NCBI GenBank assembly: GCA_964566925.1
Contig: CAZMIZ010000001.1
Span: forward strand, 71,248-135,247
Reading direction: 5' to 3'
Source of the DNA: an uncultured Gammaproteobacteria bacterium
Lineage (GTDB): Bacteria; Patescibacteriota; Microgenomatia; PFEM01; DATLAM01
DNA length: 64,000 bases
Shown: positions 1 through 9,656 of the stretch, piece after piece
How positions within the stretch are numbered: the first letter of the stretch is position 1
Layout: the number at the start of each line of letters is the position of its first letter
The notes under the pieces: model-generated
Database searches by the model: none
Seen by the model: the letters and a program-made list of their open reading frames with translations, nothing else
What the model was told of the DNA's origin: nothing
Program-made: the position numbers and the translations under genes

Positions 1-339
1 AACTTTAATTCTATCTCCAGGTTTAAAAACATCGCCTGCTTTGACCAGATCACCAACTTTTAATTGGGTCTCTTGGTCAAGCCGAACCTCTCTCAAAAAA
101 CGGGGAGCCATTTTTAGCTTGGCTCCCTTGATGTGTCCTTTAAGCGGTTTTCCAATCTTAGTAAGTTTCTTCTCGCCCCACCCAAGTTGAATTGCATCAT
201 AGCCGTCCTTGTCGAGAGTTTTAACCTGGACTACCGGACAAGGCCCGGCCACAACTCGGGTCACAGGAATATCCTTCCCGTCCTGGGTGTACTTTCGGGA
301 AATCCCTAATTTAGTACCAAGAATCACTTTTACCATCTT
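1..339 (-). CDS. rplC: Ribosomal protein L3, 5' portion; the gene continues past the left window edge
   Basis: Reverse translation from 339 gives MVKVILGTKLGISRKYTQDGKDIPVTRVVAGPCPVVQVKT…, an L3 N-terminus. It sits downstream of rpsJ in S10-operon order. Confidence 0.8.
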
Positions 340-435
340 TGCCACGAAAAAAAGTGCCGGAGGCACTCTTAGCTTCCTTAACCGCTAAGCTAAAATTATT
401 TCAATTAGGTGTTAGCCTCACCTCCATTGCCTATT

Positions 436-464
436 ATTATAGAAAAAATCAGCTAAAAATGCAA
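436..464 (-). promoter_or_regulatory. Sigma70-like promoter reading toward rplC: -35 TTGCAT, 17-nt spacer, -10 TATAAT
   Basis: Minus-strand read: TTGCAT (comp. 459-464), ttttagctgattttttc, TATAAT (comp. 436-441), about 95 nt upstream of the rplC ATG. The -35 lies inside the 18-bp repeat. Confidence 0.5.
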
Positions 465-468
465 ATTT
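451..468. repeat. Left copy of perfect 18-bp direct repeat agctaaaaatgcaaattt (island boundary)
   Basis: Identical 18-mer at 4658-4675. The two copies bracket the block of non-ribosomal genes between rplC and rpsJ. Confidence 0.75.
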
Positions 469-492
469 AGGAGAAATTGTGGATAACTAAAC

Positions 493-978
493 TTATGTTT
501 TGCTTCCTGCGTCGCTAACTCCCCATAAAGATTTTAATTCGTTGGCAAAAGGGGCAGATTCCTTAATCCTTCCACCTTCCCCTGGCTCTATCTGCTCAAG
601 GATCCAGTTGCGGGCATCCCTGACTGCTACTCCAGCCTGATCCAAACCTCTAGCTGAAAAGCCCCAATCAGTGGCTAAAAATGAAGCCAGGTCTCCTCCA
701 ACTCTCTTTTGTAAAGGAGAAAGAATTTTAGTCTCATATTCTTCTTTGGCCTTCTCTTCTATATCAAGCCCCTCACTTTTCTCTCCCCATTCCCTCTCAG
801 CTGTGGTTATCAACCAAGAAGTGGCTTGTTTAGGAGACCAGTAAGCTTCTGATAGTCTCCCTTTTTCCTTGAGACCATTAACAATTAACCGAACTAAAGC
901 CAAATTTATGTATGCCTTAATTGCTTTCTGCTCTTTCCCGGCTGTTTCGGCTAGTTCTTTTAAATTTCCCTCAGTCAT
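493..978 (-). CDS. Hypothetical soluble protein (161 aa), no recognised family
   Basis: Long ORF on the rplC strand inside the island. No TM segment and no motif I recognise. Confidence 0.45.
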   Translation of the reverse strand: MTEGNLKELAETAGKEQKAIKAYINLALVRLIVNGLKEKGRLSEAYWSPKQATSWLITTAEREWGEKSEGLDIEEKAKEEYETKILSPLQKRVGGDLASFLATDWGFSARGLDQAGVAVRDARNWILEQIEPGEGGRIKESAPFANELKSLWGVSDAGSKT

Positions 979-1178
979 TTTTATATCTGACTAAAATAAA
1001 TTATTAAGTTCTCTACTTTTAATTTTAATCAGGATTCTTCCTATAGTCAAATTCCTAAAAAGAATAGTCAACTCCCAACATGGTTGCTTGACAGATAACC
1101 TCTCAAGAGCTTACTCTAATAGAGAGGTGGTCTGCCCTAAGTGCCAAAAACCCAATTGAGGAGATTTAATAGACAAAA

Positions 1179-1694
1179 GTGATAAACAAGACTGAAGTTA
1201 TTTATGAAATTATAAATTTCGGCCAGGTTCCTGTGGGCCAAGTATTAAGAGAGGACTTCTTCACCCTTCTCATCGCCACTTCCCTCCTTCTTATCGGGAA
1301 TCTCGTTGGATCAGGGAAAAAAGGCATCAAAAAGTTCTTCTCTTCAAAAAAGTGGGCTCTATTTAATTTCCTCTTTTGTCTCAGCTGCATAATTATTTTA
1401 TTCGTGTCTATGGGCTATTTTAGTTATTTGAGAGATATTATTGAGGGTTATCCTACTAAGGAGGTGGAGGGTTGGGTGACTGGAAAAACAATTACAGTTT
1501 GTGGTTCTGTCAATTGCGGCGGAGACTGGGTCACAGTTAATGGTCAAAAAATTCGTATTAAAGATAAAGAGTTATTTGAAAAGATCAATTGTGGTGATAG
1601 GCTTTATGTAAAATATACTAAATACTTTAAAGCCCCAGTAAAAATTATTCGCCTTGGAAAATCTAATAATGAAATAGAAGGGGCTTGTCAATGA
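1179..1694 (+). CDS. Hypothetical membrane protein: two TM helices plus a Cys-containing C-terminal soluble domain
   Basis: The ORF is the first of seven tightly packed plus-strand genes. Hydrophobic stretches LLIATSLLLIGNLVG and FNFLFCLSCIIILFVSMGYF, with CGSVNCGGDW…CGD at the C-terminus. Confidence 0.45.
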   Translation: MINKTEVIYEIINFGQVPVGQVLREDFFTLLIATSLLLIGNLVGSGKKGIKKFFSSKKWALFNFLFCLSCIIILFVSMGYFSYLRDIIEGYPTKEVEGWVTGKTITVCGSVNCGGDWVTVNGQKIRIKDKELFEKINCGDRLYVKYTKYFKAPVKIIRLGKSNNEIEGACQ

Positions 1695-1695
1695 A

Positions 1696-2151
1696 ATGTC
1701 CAAGCTTAATTTAAAATCTCTTCTTCAGAAAAAGGGGGTGTGGGCAGGAATTATTCTTTTGTCTTTCATTTTGTTTGGGGGCGGAATTATTACTACTTTG
1801 CTGTTTCTCGTCGCCATCCTCTTTCTTTCTCCTTTCGTCAGGAAAATGTTTTTCAACCCCCTTAACCTATTAATCCTACCTTATGGAATTCTCCTAATAA
1901 GATCTCTTTACAGACAAAATTCAGTCTTGGTTTTTATGAATATTAGAAATGCTGTCTTTTCGATATCGATAGTTTTTCTATTAATAGAAGGAATAATTTT
2001 ATTGCTGATGAAAAGTAAAATAAAAGAAAACCATCTGTCTCACTCTGGGGTAATTTTTCTTGGTAGACTGATCTTTTTAACAATACTGGTAATTGTTTTC
2101 ACCAATTATTCTTGGGCAATGACAATTCTCTTGGCAAACCTTTGCAAATAA
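1696..2151 (+). CDS. Hypothetical polytopic membrane protein (151 aa)
   Basis: Starts 2 nt after the previous stop; about four hydrophobic helices. Confidence 0.45.
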   Translation: MSKLNLKSLLQKKGVWAGIILLSFILFGGGIITTLLFLVAILFLSPFVRKMFFNPLNLLILPYGILLIRSLYRQNSVLVFMNIRNAVFSISIVFLLIEGIILLLMKSKIKENHLSHSGVIFLGRLIFLTILVIVFTNYSWAMTILLANLCK

Positions 2152-2231
2152 TACGATAGAGTTTATACTTTGAGATAAAATAACCAAGGTCGGTGTGATA
2201 AAATTGTGGGAATAGTGGTAATCAGAAAAAA

Positions 2232-2663
2232 ATGAAGAACAAAACAAAAAAGGAAAGAATCCGGGCAATCATCCTCTTCTCCCTCATTATTATAATTCCC
2301 TCAATCGTTACAAAAAACATCATCGGATATCCCCATTCAACTTTTGAATGCCCAGAGGGATGGATTTGTGATCCTGTTTTAATAAGTCCTTCGGTCTACG
2401 CTCTTGCTTCTGCCCCTGCCTTGCTCAAACTTCAGGTTTTTTTCTCGTTCTTGGCAGGTTTTCTCCTCCTGAAACTTATAACAGAAGCTAAATTAAAAGA
2501 CGTGATTGGCACAATCATCCTGGGTGTTGTCTTCACTTTTATCACTGATCTTGTTGACTATCTTTTATACCTTACCGTCGCCCTTATAATTTGTATTCCC
2601 TTTGGCTTTATGGGAGGGTACCTCGGGAGGAAGATGAGAGGGGGTGAAAGCACAGTAAAATGA
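2232..2663 (+). CDS. Hypothetical membrane protein (143 aa)
   Basis: ORF with an N-terminal TM and two further hydrophobic helices; the Cys pair CPEGWIC sits in the first loop. Confidence 0.45.
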   Translation: MKNKTKKERIRAIILFSLIIIIPSIVTKNIIGYPHSTFECPEGWICDPVLISPSVYALASAPALLKLQVFFSFLAGFLLLKLITEAKLKDVIGTIILGVVFTFITDLVDYLLYLTVALIICIPFGFMGGYLGRKMRGGESTVK

Positions 2664-2866
2664 AATTTTTCAAAAAATTAGATACGGTTCGACGCCTCTA
2701 TCTATTCATCCTTATCGCGGGAATAATCGTAGGATTAGACGGATTTTTGCAGTTTTCTGGAGTTGGTTCTCTAGGAATTTTGAGGCTTTTGGCTAATCTG
2801 GCTTGGCCAATCATGTTAATTTTGGGATTTTTTGCTTTAGTTTTACAGAAAAGAAAGAAAGCCTAA
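2660..2866 (+). CDS. Small hypothetical membrane protein (68 aa)
   Basis: 4-nt start/stop overlap with the upstream gene; two predicted TM helices. Confidence 0.35.
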   Translation: MKFFKKLDTVRRLYLFILIAGIIVGLDGFLQFSGVGSLGILRLLANLAWPIMLILGFFALVLQKRKKA

Positions 2867-2893
2867 CGTGCTCAAGGAAGTTTAAAGACAATA

Positions 2894-3172
2894 TTGCAGG
2901 AAGATGATTTTGTTAAGGAAATGACAAATTTAAGAGATTATTTCCTTTTCTGGTTAATAGCTGTTTTCTTTCTTTTAGCGCCATTTATCTTGGCTTCCGC
3001 AATTCTTTGGATGAGAAGCAAGGTCTTCAAGAAAACCAATCCCAGCCAACAACAGATAATTAAACTGGGACTAACTATTCTCCTTGTCTATATTTTATAT
3101 GCTCTTTGGAAAGTTTTTGGAGGTTTTAAATTTTTGGATGGATTAAGATCAACCCCACCACATTGGCCTTAA
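2894..3172 (+). CDS. Small hypothetical membrane protein (92 aa)
   Basis: ORF with two hydrophobic helices. Confidence 0.35.
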   Translation: MQEDDFVKEMTNLRDYFLFWLIAVFFLLAPFILASAILWMRSKVFKKTNPSQQQIIKLGLTILLVYILYALWKVFGGFKFLDGLRSTPPHWP

Positions 3173-3244
3173 AAAGGCTTATAAAATAACCTTTTTAATC
3201 TGAGGGGGAACACGAAGAGAAAAATTATTATATAATAAAAGTCA

Positions 3245-3910
3245 ATGAAAATAGTCGATTATTTCCGCCAGGGATTCAAGCTCGCTAATCGTAACTTGAT
3301 CATTCTTATAATCAGCGTGTTTGGCCTGATACCCAGTCTTTTTAATTCCCTCTTAGAAAGATTTAGTCTTGGTGGAAATCCAATATTAATGTTGCTTGAA
3401 ATAATCATTTATGGGTTGTTAATAATTTTCACCATTGGCTATCTAGGAGTGCCCATCGCCTTTTTAAGAGACTCCCTCGTCAATGGGAAGTTTGAATGGG
3501 CAAATCTTCAAGCTTATTTTAGACGTTTCTCTTGGCCAATTTTTACTCTTTTAATCGCAGCCGCTCTTCTCTATTTAATTCTTAGTCTGCCTTTCCTTGC
3601 TCTAAATCTTCTCCCGCTCGGCAATTCCCTGTTAGCACCAATAATGATGTTTATGCCGATAATTATCGTTCTAGAGGAGGTAGGTCTAAAAGAAGCGCTT
3701 GGCAAGTTTCTAAAATTCATCAGTTTTTCCAAAAAAGATTTTCTTTTTTTCTATTTAATCCAGGCTGGATATTTCCTTTTGTTTTGGATCATCCAGCCAA
3801 GGTTTCCAGAAACTATTATTTTCCTTAGGATTATCAGCTTCTATATTGGCTTTATCTTTTTAGCAACCGGAATAGTTTTTTACAACGATTATTTAAAAGA
3901 GGGGGTATAA
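3245..3910 (+). CDS. Hypothetical polytopic membrane protein (221 aa, ~6 TM)
   Basis: Continuous ORF that is highly hydrophobic throughout. Confidence 0.45.
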   Translation: MKIVDYFRQGFKLANRNLIILIISVFGLIPSLFNSLLERFSLGGNPILMLLEIIIYGLLIIFTIGYLGVPIAFLRDSLVNGKFEWANLQAYFRRFSWPIFTLLIAAALLYLILSLPFLALNLLPLGNSLLAPIMMFMPIIIVLEEVGLKEALGKFLKFISFSKKDFLFFYLIQAGYFLLFWIIQPRFPETIIFLRIISFYIGFIFLATGIVFYNDYLKEGV

Positions 3911-3942
3911 TTAACCTGCTCAAGAAAATTTGGAAGATTAAA

Positions 3943-4593
3943 ATGATAAGTACGCCAAATCTCGACACTCAAAAGGTTGATCAAGAAAACGAAAAGAAGC
4001 CCAAAAAATGGGCCACTCTTGTCTTGTTAATAGCCCTAACTATTTCTTTGGGGATAAACGGTCTTTTTGCCTATCAAAACAGCCAGCTCCAAAAAGAAAA
4101 CAAAATATCAAGTTTAAATGTAGCGGAACTTGAGCAAAAAGTTAATGAATTGAAAGAAAAAAATGGCTTGTTAGGAATAGATATCGCCCGACCCTACAAT
4201 CCTATAAATAACCGCTTCTTCGGTTCTAGCCAAGAGCCGAAAACGACGGGCGATTACAACATCTGGGTAGGAGAAATAGAGATAGGAGATTTCTGTGCGG
4301 TAAAAATTTATGTAAAAAATAAAGGGGATGGAATATTAACAATCAATGCGAATGATTTTTATATGATTGCTGATGGCAATCAGGTAGAACAGGCTTCTAA
4401 CGCCACTGCACCTCGGTTTCCCAATGAAAAAGTTGAACTTTACCCAGGATATGAGATGCAAGGATACCTCACTTTCAAAATAGAGGCTTCACCAGAAATA
4501 CTTGAATTAAAATTCCAACCTGACGATTTAAACTTAGAATCAGTCATTCTCGAGGTATATGACTCGAGTAAAATCCCTGAGGCTGGAGAATAG
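3943..4593 (+). CDS. Membrane-anchored protein with a DUF4352-like extracytoplasmic beta-domain
   Basis: An N-terminal TM and a coiled-coil stretch are followed by …VKIYVKNKGDGILTINANDFYMIADGNQVEQ…, which resembles the DUF4352 pattern (recalled from memory). A short hairpin gtctct…agagac follows the stop (4597-4618). Confidence 0.45.
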   Translation: MISTPNLDTQKVDQENEKKPKKWATLVLLIALTISLGINGLFAYQNSQLQKENKISSLNVAELEQKVNELKEKNGLLGIDIARPYNPINNRFFGSSQEPKTTGDYNIWVGEIEIGDFCAVKIYVKNKGDGILTINANDFYMIADGNQVEQASNATAPRFPNEKVELYPGYEMQGYLTFKIEASPEILELKFQPDDLNLESVILEVYDSSKIPEAGE

Positions 4594-4657
4594 TCGTCTC
4601 TGAAGTATCCGAGAGACTTCTAGGTCAAATAATTTAGCCCTCCAAATAACTTCTAGG

Positions 4658-4675
4658 AGCTAAAAATGCAAATTT
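4658..4675. repeat. Right copy of the 18-bp direct repeat agctaaaaatgcaaattt
   Basis: Exact match to 451-468. Confidence 0.75.
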
Positions 4676-4719
4676 TTGATTCTTTGAAGGGTATCGCCTT
4701 AATATAGCCAAAAAGAGGT

Positions 4720-4750
4720 TTACATCTTAATCTCAATGTCCACACCGGCC
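4720..4750 (-). pseudogene. Relic of the rpsJ 3' end (encodes …AGVDIEIKM-stop), duplicated ~90 bp downstream of the intact rpsJ stop
   Basis: Minus strand ggccggtgtggacattgagattaagatgtaa versus genuine rpsJ end gccggcgttgacattgaaattaaaatgtag, about 27/32 identical with the same peptide. It overlaps the track ORF 4653..4859, which is therefore not a real gene. Confidence 0.55.
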
Positions 4751-4836
4751 CCAGTATAGTCTTCCCACTCGCCTTTTCAGTATTATCCATACACGGCTCG
4801 TGGCGCGACCTTACGGGGCAATCGGCGTTGATGATT

Positions 4837-5145
4837 CTACATTTTAATTTCAATGTCAACGCCGGCTGGAAGCTCGAGGTGCATCAGAGAGTCAATCGTC
4901 TTCTCAGTTGGCTCTAAGATATCAATTAAACGCTTATGGGTTAAAATTTGAAAGTGCTCTCGGGCGTTTTTATCTACATGAGGAGAAGTGGTGACGGCAA
5001 TCAACTTTCTTCTGGTAGGTAAGGGCACGGGACCAACTACTTTAGCTCCAGTTACTAAAGCTGTTTCTAAAATCTTTTCGCAACTCTCATCAATAATCCG
5101 ATGATCGTATGATTTTAAACGTACTCTTATTCTACCCTTCGGCAT
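4837..5145 (-). CDS. rpsJ: Ribosomal protein S10
   Basis: [21 protein letters not shown]…; 102 aa; immediately downstream of tuf. Confidence 0.9.
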   Translation of the reverse strand: MPKGRIRVRLKSYDHRIIDESCEKILETALVTGAKVVGPVPLPTRRKLIAVTTSPHVDKNAREHFQILTHKRLIDILEPTEKTIDSLMHLELPAGVDIEIKM

Positions 5146-5147
5146 CT

Positions 5148-6338
5148 TTATGCCTTAATTTTAGAGATCGCTCCCGCGCCGACGGTATGGCCCCCTTCTC
5201 GAATAGCAAAACGCAATCCCTCTTCGAGAGCCACCGGTTGAATAAGCTTGACGGCCATCTTGGCATTATCGCCAGGCATAACCATCTCCACTCCCTTAGG
5301 CAGAGTGACCTCGCCGGTTACGTCCGTGGTTTGGATATAAAACTGGGGTTTATATCCAGAGAAAAAGGGAGTGTGGCGCCCGCCTTCTTCCTTAGTCAAA
5401 ATATAAACCTCGGCCTCAAACTCCGTGTGAGCGGTGACCGAACCAGGCTTAGCTAAAACCTGGCCTCTCTCCACGTCGGTCTTTTCAACTCCGCGAAGGA
5501 GAACGCCAATATTATCACCGGCTTGACCCTCATCTAGGGTTTTGCGGAACATCTCCACCCCGGTAACGACTGTTTTTTTAGACTCCTTAAGGCCGACAAT
5601 CTCCACCGTGTCGTTAACTTTGACTTTACCCCGGGTAATCCGGCCGGTAACCACCGTCCCTCGGCCCTTGATTGAGAAAACATCCTCAACCGGCATCAGG
5701 AAAGGTTTATCAATATCCCTCTTAGGTGTGGGAACATATTCATCCACTTTATCCATTAGCTCTAAAATCGCCTTTTCCGCTTCCTTATCGCCCTCCAAAG
5801 CTTTGAGAGCGGAGCCGCGGATAACCGGGATTTTATCCCCTGGGAACTTATATTTGGTCAAAAGCTCCCTGATTTCCACCTCAACCAGGTCAATTAATTC
5901 CTTATCGGCAACCGCGTCAACTTTGTTGATAAAGACGACAATCGCCGGGACGTTCACCTGACGGGCTAAAAGAATGTGCTCGCGGGTTTGCGGCATTGGC
6001 CCGTCATCCGCTGCCACTACTAAGATTGCCCCATCCATTTGGGCCGCCCCGGTAATCATGTTTTTGATATAGTCCTTATGACCCGGACAGTCAATGTGGG
6101 CATAGTGGCGCTTCTTTGTTTCGTATTCAATATGAGTAATCGCAATCGTTAGCCCGCGCTCTTTTTCTTCTGGAGCGTTGTCGATCTCTTCGAATTTATA
6201 AAACTTCTCGCTGGTACCAGCGTCGGTAAGCACTTTGGTGATGGCGCTACTCAGCGTTGTTTTACCGTGATCAACATGGCCAATGGTGCCAATGTTAACG
6301 TGAGGTTTAGTTCTTTTAAAAACTTTTTTGTCTGCCAT
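5148..6338 (-). CDS. tuf: Elongation factor Tu
   Basis: [15 protein letters not shown] and NKVD motifs; 396 aa. Confidence 0.95.
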   Translation of the reverse strand: MADKKVFKRTKPHVNIGTIGHVDHGKTTLSSAITKVLTDAGTSEKFYKFEEIDNAPEEKERGLTIAITHIEYETKKRHYAHIDCPGHKDYIKNMITGAAQMDGAILVVAADDGPMPQTREHILLARQVNVPAIVVFINKVDAVADKELIDLVEVEIRELLTKYKFPGDKIPVIRGSALKALEGDKEAEKAILELMDKVDEYVPTPKRDIDKPFLMPVEDVFSIKGRGTVVTGRITRGKVKVNDTVEIVGLKESKKTVVTGVEMFRKTLDEGQAGDNIGVLLRGVEKTDVERGQVLAKPGSVTAHTEFEAEVYILTKEEGGRHTPFFSGYKPQFYIQTTDVTGEVTLPKGVEMVMPGDNAKMAVKLIQPVALEEGLRFAIREGGHTVGAGAISKIKA

Positions 6339-6397
6339 AATGTCCTCCTTTTGGCTGGCTTAAACTCTACCTATTTTAATCGAAAGTTGTCAAGATT

Positions 6398-8500
6398 TCA
6401 AGCCCTAGTCTTTTTGCCGGTCCGGCTAGCAATTTTTTCAGCAATATTGACCGGCACTTCTTCATAATGAGAGGGCTCCATATAAAAACTAGCTCGCCCC
6501 TGACTAATACTCCGGAGAGTGGTCGCATAACCAGGAATTTCGGCTAAAGGAACTAGGGCGGTAATTACCCTGACTTTACCCCGCATCTCGCTTCCTAAAA
6601 TTTGGGATCTTTTGGAAGAAAGGTCACCAATAATGTCCCCCATAAACTCTTCCGGGGTCGTCACCTCAATCTTCATAATTGGCTCCAAAAGCGTGGGGGT
6701 CGCCTTCTTAACCGCCTCTTGAAGGGCGGCACTCCCAGCAATTTTAAAAGCAATATCTGAAGAATCTACTTCGTGGAAAGTCCCATCATAAACCGCTACT
6801 TTCATGTCCACTAAAGGATAGCCGGCCAAAACTCCGTTCTCCATTGCTTCCTTGACTCCTTTTTCAATGGCCGGAATATATTCAGAGGGAATCGCCCCTC
6901 CTCTAATTTCAGAGACAAATTCAAAACCTTCTCCTCTAGGTTTGGGCTCAACCCTCAAGAAACAGTGGCCATACTGACCCCGGCCGCCAGACTGACGGAT
7001 ATATTTTCCCTCAGCCGTGGTCGTCCCTTTAATCGTCTCTTTATAAGCTACTTGAGGCTGGCCAGTGCTGGCCTGAACATTGAACTCCCGCTTCATCCGA
7101 TCAGCTAAAATCTCTAAATGAAGCTCGCCCATACCGGAGATAATTGTTTGACCGGTTTCCGGATTGGATTTGATTTTAAAGGTCGGGTCCTCTTCAGAAA
7201 GTTTATGAAGAGCCGCTCCTAATTTTTCTTGATCGGCTCGAGTCTTGGGTTCAATCGCTAAGGAAATCACCGGGTCGGGAAAGGTAATTGATTCAAGAAT
7301 GATAGGGCGATCTTTGTCGCAAAGGGTATCACCAGTAGTCGTTCCTTTTAAGCCAACAACGGCGACAATCTCGCCGGCAACCGCCTCTTTAATTTCTTCT
7401 CTTTTATCAGCATGCATCAGGAGTAATCGACCAGCTCTTTCCGGCTTTTTTCGGGTGGCATTATAGAGAGTCTCGCCTGATTTAAGAACACCTGAGTAAA
7501 CCCGGATATAAGTTAGTCGGCCCACATGAGGATCGGTTTGGATTTTAAACGCTAGAGAGGCAAAGGGTTCTTTAGGATCAGTCTTTCGCTCTTCCTCTTG
7601 GCCAGTTTTCGGATTAACACCCTTGATTGGTGGCAAATCAAGCGGATGGGGTAAATAGTCTACAACCGCATCAAGAATTAGATCGACAATGGCTGTCCGG
7701 TTGTCACCTGCCAAAATCGGGAAAAATTTACCAGTAATCGTCCCTGCCCGAATAGCTCTTTTGATTTCCTCCTCGGACAGCTCACCGTCGCCAAGATATT
7801 TCTCTAAGGTTTGATCATCAAATTCGGCCACTTTTTCAATCAACTCTTCTCGATATTTTTTGACATCTTTTTCCATCTCTTTAGGAATTGGCGCTTCTTT
7901 GAGTTTTTTTCCTTCCTTATCGCTGTAAACATAGGCTTTACGCGTAACTAAATCCACGGTTCCTTTCAGATCGTATTCATTCCCGATTGGAAGTTGGATA
8001 GGAACAGCGTTTGGGCTCAGGCGTTCCTGAACCGATTTAAGACTACCAAAAAAGTCACCGCCAATAAGGTTCAGCTTATTAAAACTACAAATTCGAGGCA
8101 CATGGTAACGATCGGCTTGATGCCAAACCGTTTCTGATTGAGCCTCAACACCAGTCCTGCCATCAAAAACCATCACCGCACCATCAAGAACGCGCAATGA
8201 TCGCTCGACTTCCGCCGTGAAATCAATATGACCTGGTGTGTCAATGATATTAATCCGATGCTTCTTCCAAAAAGCAGTAATGGCTGCCGAAACAATCGTA
8301 ATCCCCCGCTCTCTTTCCTGCTCCATCCAGTCAGTTACCGTTGTTCCCTCATCCACGGTGCCGATTTTGTAGGTTTTTCCGGTTTCAAAAAGCATCCGCT
8401 CGGTGGTGGTTGTTTTCCCGGCATCAATATGGGCAATAATGCCGATGTTGCGGACTTTCTCAATCGGAACTTCTCGTTCAGTTTTAGTTTTTTCTGCCAT
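6398..8500 (-). CDS. fusA: Elongation factor G
   Basis: [12 protein letters not shown] and DTPGHIDF motifs; 700 aa. Confidence 0.95.
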   Translation of the reverse strand: MAEKTKTEREVPIEKVRNIGIIAHIDAGKTTTTERMLFETGKTYKIGTVDEGTTVTDWMEQERERGITIVSAAITAFWKKHRINIIDTPGHIDFTAEVERSLRVLDGAVMVFDGRTGVEAQSETVWHQADRYHVPRICSFNKLNLIGGDFFGSLKSVQERLSPNAVPIQLPIGNEYDLKGTVDLVTRKAYVYSDKEGKKLKEAPIPKEMEKDVKKYREELIEKVAEFDDQTLEKYLGDGELSEEEIKRAIRAGTITGKFFPILAGDNRTAIVDLILDAVVDYLPHPLDLPPIKGVNPKTGQEEERKTDPKEPFASLAFKIQTDPHVGRLTYIRVYSGVLKSGETLYNATRKKPERAGRLLLMHADKREEIKEAVAGEIVAVVGLKGTTTGDTLCDKDRPIILESITFPDPVISLAIEPKTRADQEKLGAALHKLSEEDPTFKIKSNPETGQTIISGMGELHLEILADRMKREFNVQASTGQPQVAYKETIKGTTTAEGKYIRQSGGRGQYGHCFLRVEPKPRGEGFEFVSEIRGGAIPSEYIPAIEKGVKEAMENGVLAGYPLVDMKVAVYDGTFHEVDSSDIAFKIAGSAALQEAVKKATPTLLEPIMKIEVTTPEEFMGDIIGDLSSKRSQILGSEMRGKVRVITALVPLAEIPGYATTLRSISQGRASFYMEPSHYEEVPVNIAEKIASRTGKKTRA

Positions 8501-8600
8501 ATTTTTATTCTACCAATTTTAGACAAAACAAAAAACCGCCTCTGTCAAGAAGCAGCTTGCTTCAGGAACAATTTTACCAAAACCTCCTCGACAATTCAAA

Positions 8601-9080
8601 CTACCACCTAAAGTGGGCAAAAGCTTTGTTCGCTTCGGCCATCCGCTGAGTATCTTCTTTTTTCTTGATCGCTCCGCCTGTGTTCTGGGAGGCATCCAAA
8701 AGTTCCGCCGCCAGTTTTTCTGCAAAGGTGCGGTATTCCTTGTTTGACCTGGCTTTGGCGGCAAAGATCAACCAGCGAATTGCTAAAGATTCCCGACGAT
8801 CCCCTTTAACTGGCATAGGGACTTGATAAGAGGCCCCTCCAACCCGCCGAGGCCGAACTTCCATGCCTGGCTTAATATTCTCCACTGCCTGACGAAAGAC
8901 TTCTAGGGGCTCTTTGTTTGTCTTCTCTTTAATCAGCTCAAAAGATTGATAAACCTGTTTTTGGGCAACCTTTTTCTTGCCTCGCTGCATCACCCGATTA
9001 ATCAAGCGGGCAACCAACTGATCTTGATAAACTGGATCAGGTAATAAAATTCTTTTTTTAACTCTGCCTGCTCTGGGCAT
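8601..9080 (-). CDS. rpsG: Ribosomal protein S7
   Basis: S7-like N-terminus [31 protein letters not shown]…, adjacent to rpsL. Confidence 0.9.
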   Translation of the reverse strand: MPRAGRVKKRILLPDPVYQDQLVARLINRVMQRGKKKVAQKQVYQSFELIKEKTNKEPLEVFRQAVENIKPGMEVRPRRVGGASYQVPMPVKGDRRESLAIRWLIFAAKARSNKEYRTFAEKLAAELLDASQNTGGAIKKKEDTQRMAEANKAFAHFRW

Positions 9081-9590
9081 TTATTTTTTCTCCTCAGATT
9101 CTTTCTTGGGCTCTTTTTCGGCTTCTGTTTCTGTTTTTGTCTCTTTTCCCTCAGTTACCACTCCAGCTGCTGGAGCAGCGACGCCGCCCTTCTTGGTCCC
9201 ATATTTAGAGCGGGAACTCTTTCTCCCGCCCACACCAGTAGTATCGTAGCGTCCCCGAACAATCGTATATTTAATTCCTGGTAAATCCTTAACTCTTCCC
9301 CCGCGAACAAGAACAATTGCGTGTTCCGCTAATTCGTGGCCTTCGCCGGGAATATAAGCGGTTACTTCCTGCTTGTTTGAAAGCCTTACCCTGGCTACTT
9401 TTCGCAGGGCTGAATTAGGCTTTTTAGGAGGAATTGTTTTAACTACCGTGACCACACCCCGTTTTAAGGGATTAATCGTTTTCATCATCCGTCGCGTCCG
9501 ACTATTAAAACTCCGGCGTAACGCCGCCACCTTAACTCTTTTTTTCGGCCTCTTTCGGCCTTTTCTGACTAATTGAGAAATCCTTGGCAT
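9081..9590 (-). CDS. rpsL: Ribosomal protein S12 with a ~40-aa Lys/Glu/Thr-rich C-terminal extension
   Basis: S12 core …[10 protein letters not shown]…[12 protein letters not shown]…, then tail [35 protein letters not shown]. Confidence 0.9.
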   Translation of the reverse strand: MPRISQLVRKGRKRPKKRVKVAALRRSFNSRTRRMMKTINPLKRGVVTVVKTIPPKKPNSALRKVARVRLSNKQEVTAYIPGEGHELAEHAIVLVRGGRVKDLPGIKYTIVRGRYDTTGVGGRKSSRSKYGTKKGGVAAPAAGVVTEGKETKTETEAEKEPKKESEEKK

Positions 9591-9656
9591 ATCCGTTTGA
9601 TTTTATCAAAATTAAGCCTATTCCACAAGAAACAAAGTTCTCGCGAAGCGAGGTTT

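Noticed and set aside
1088-1122. TTGACA upstream of the first plus-strand island gene as a possible island promoter
   Set aside because: No acceptable -10 at 16-19-nt spacing (TTACTC/TAATAG), so not called.
1202-1390. 62-aa antisense ORF inside the first island gene
   Set aside because: It is wholly embedded antisense in a longer, better-supported ORF with no independent signal. The same reasoning applies to most other 60-130-aa overlapping antisense ORFs in the track (e.g. 5109-5456, 5542-5961, 7245-7466, 10413-10809, 14190-14592, 20029-20340, 25251-25866, 29334-29576, 35499-35841, 36022-36398, 39563-39907, 42035-42447, 48183-48401, 50599-50925, 51877-52216). Several of these show the low-complexity composition typical of the reverse frame of Thr/Pro- or Lys/Glu-rich genes.
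4653-4859. 68-aa minus-strand ORF downstream of rpsJ
   Set aside because: It overlaps the degenerate rpsJ 3'-end copy and the right direct repeat. Its frame is simply the relic, not an independent gene.
9620-9656. ctcgc-gaa-gcgag hairpin followed by gttttt between rpoC and rpsL
   Set aside because: The T-run is on the plus strand, while both flanking genes are transcribed on the minus strand. At best it is a weak bidirectional or attenuator structure.
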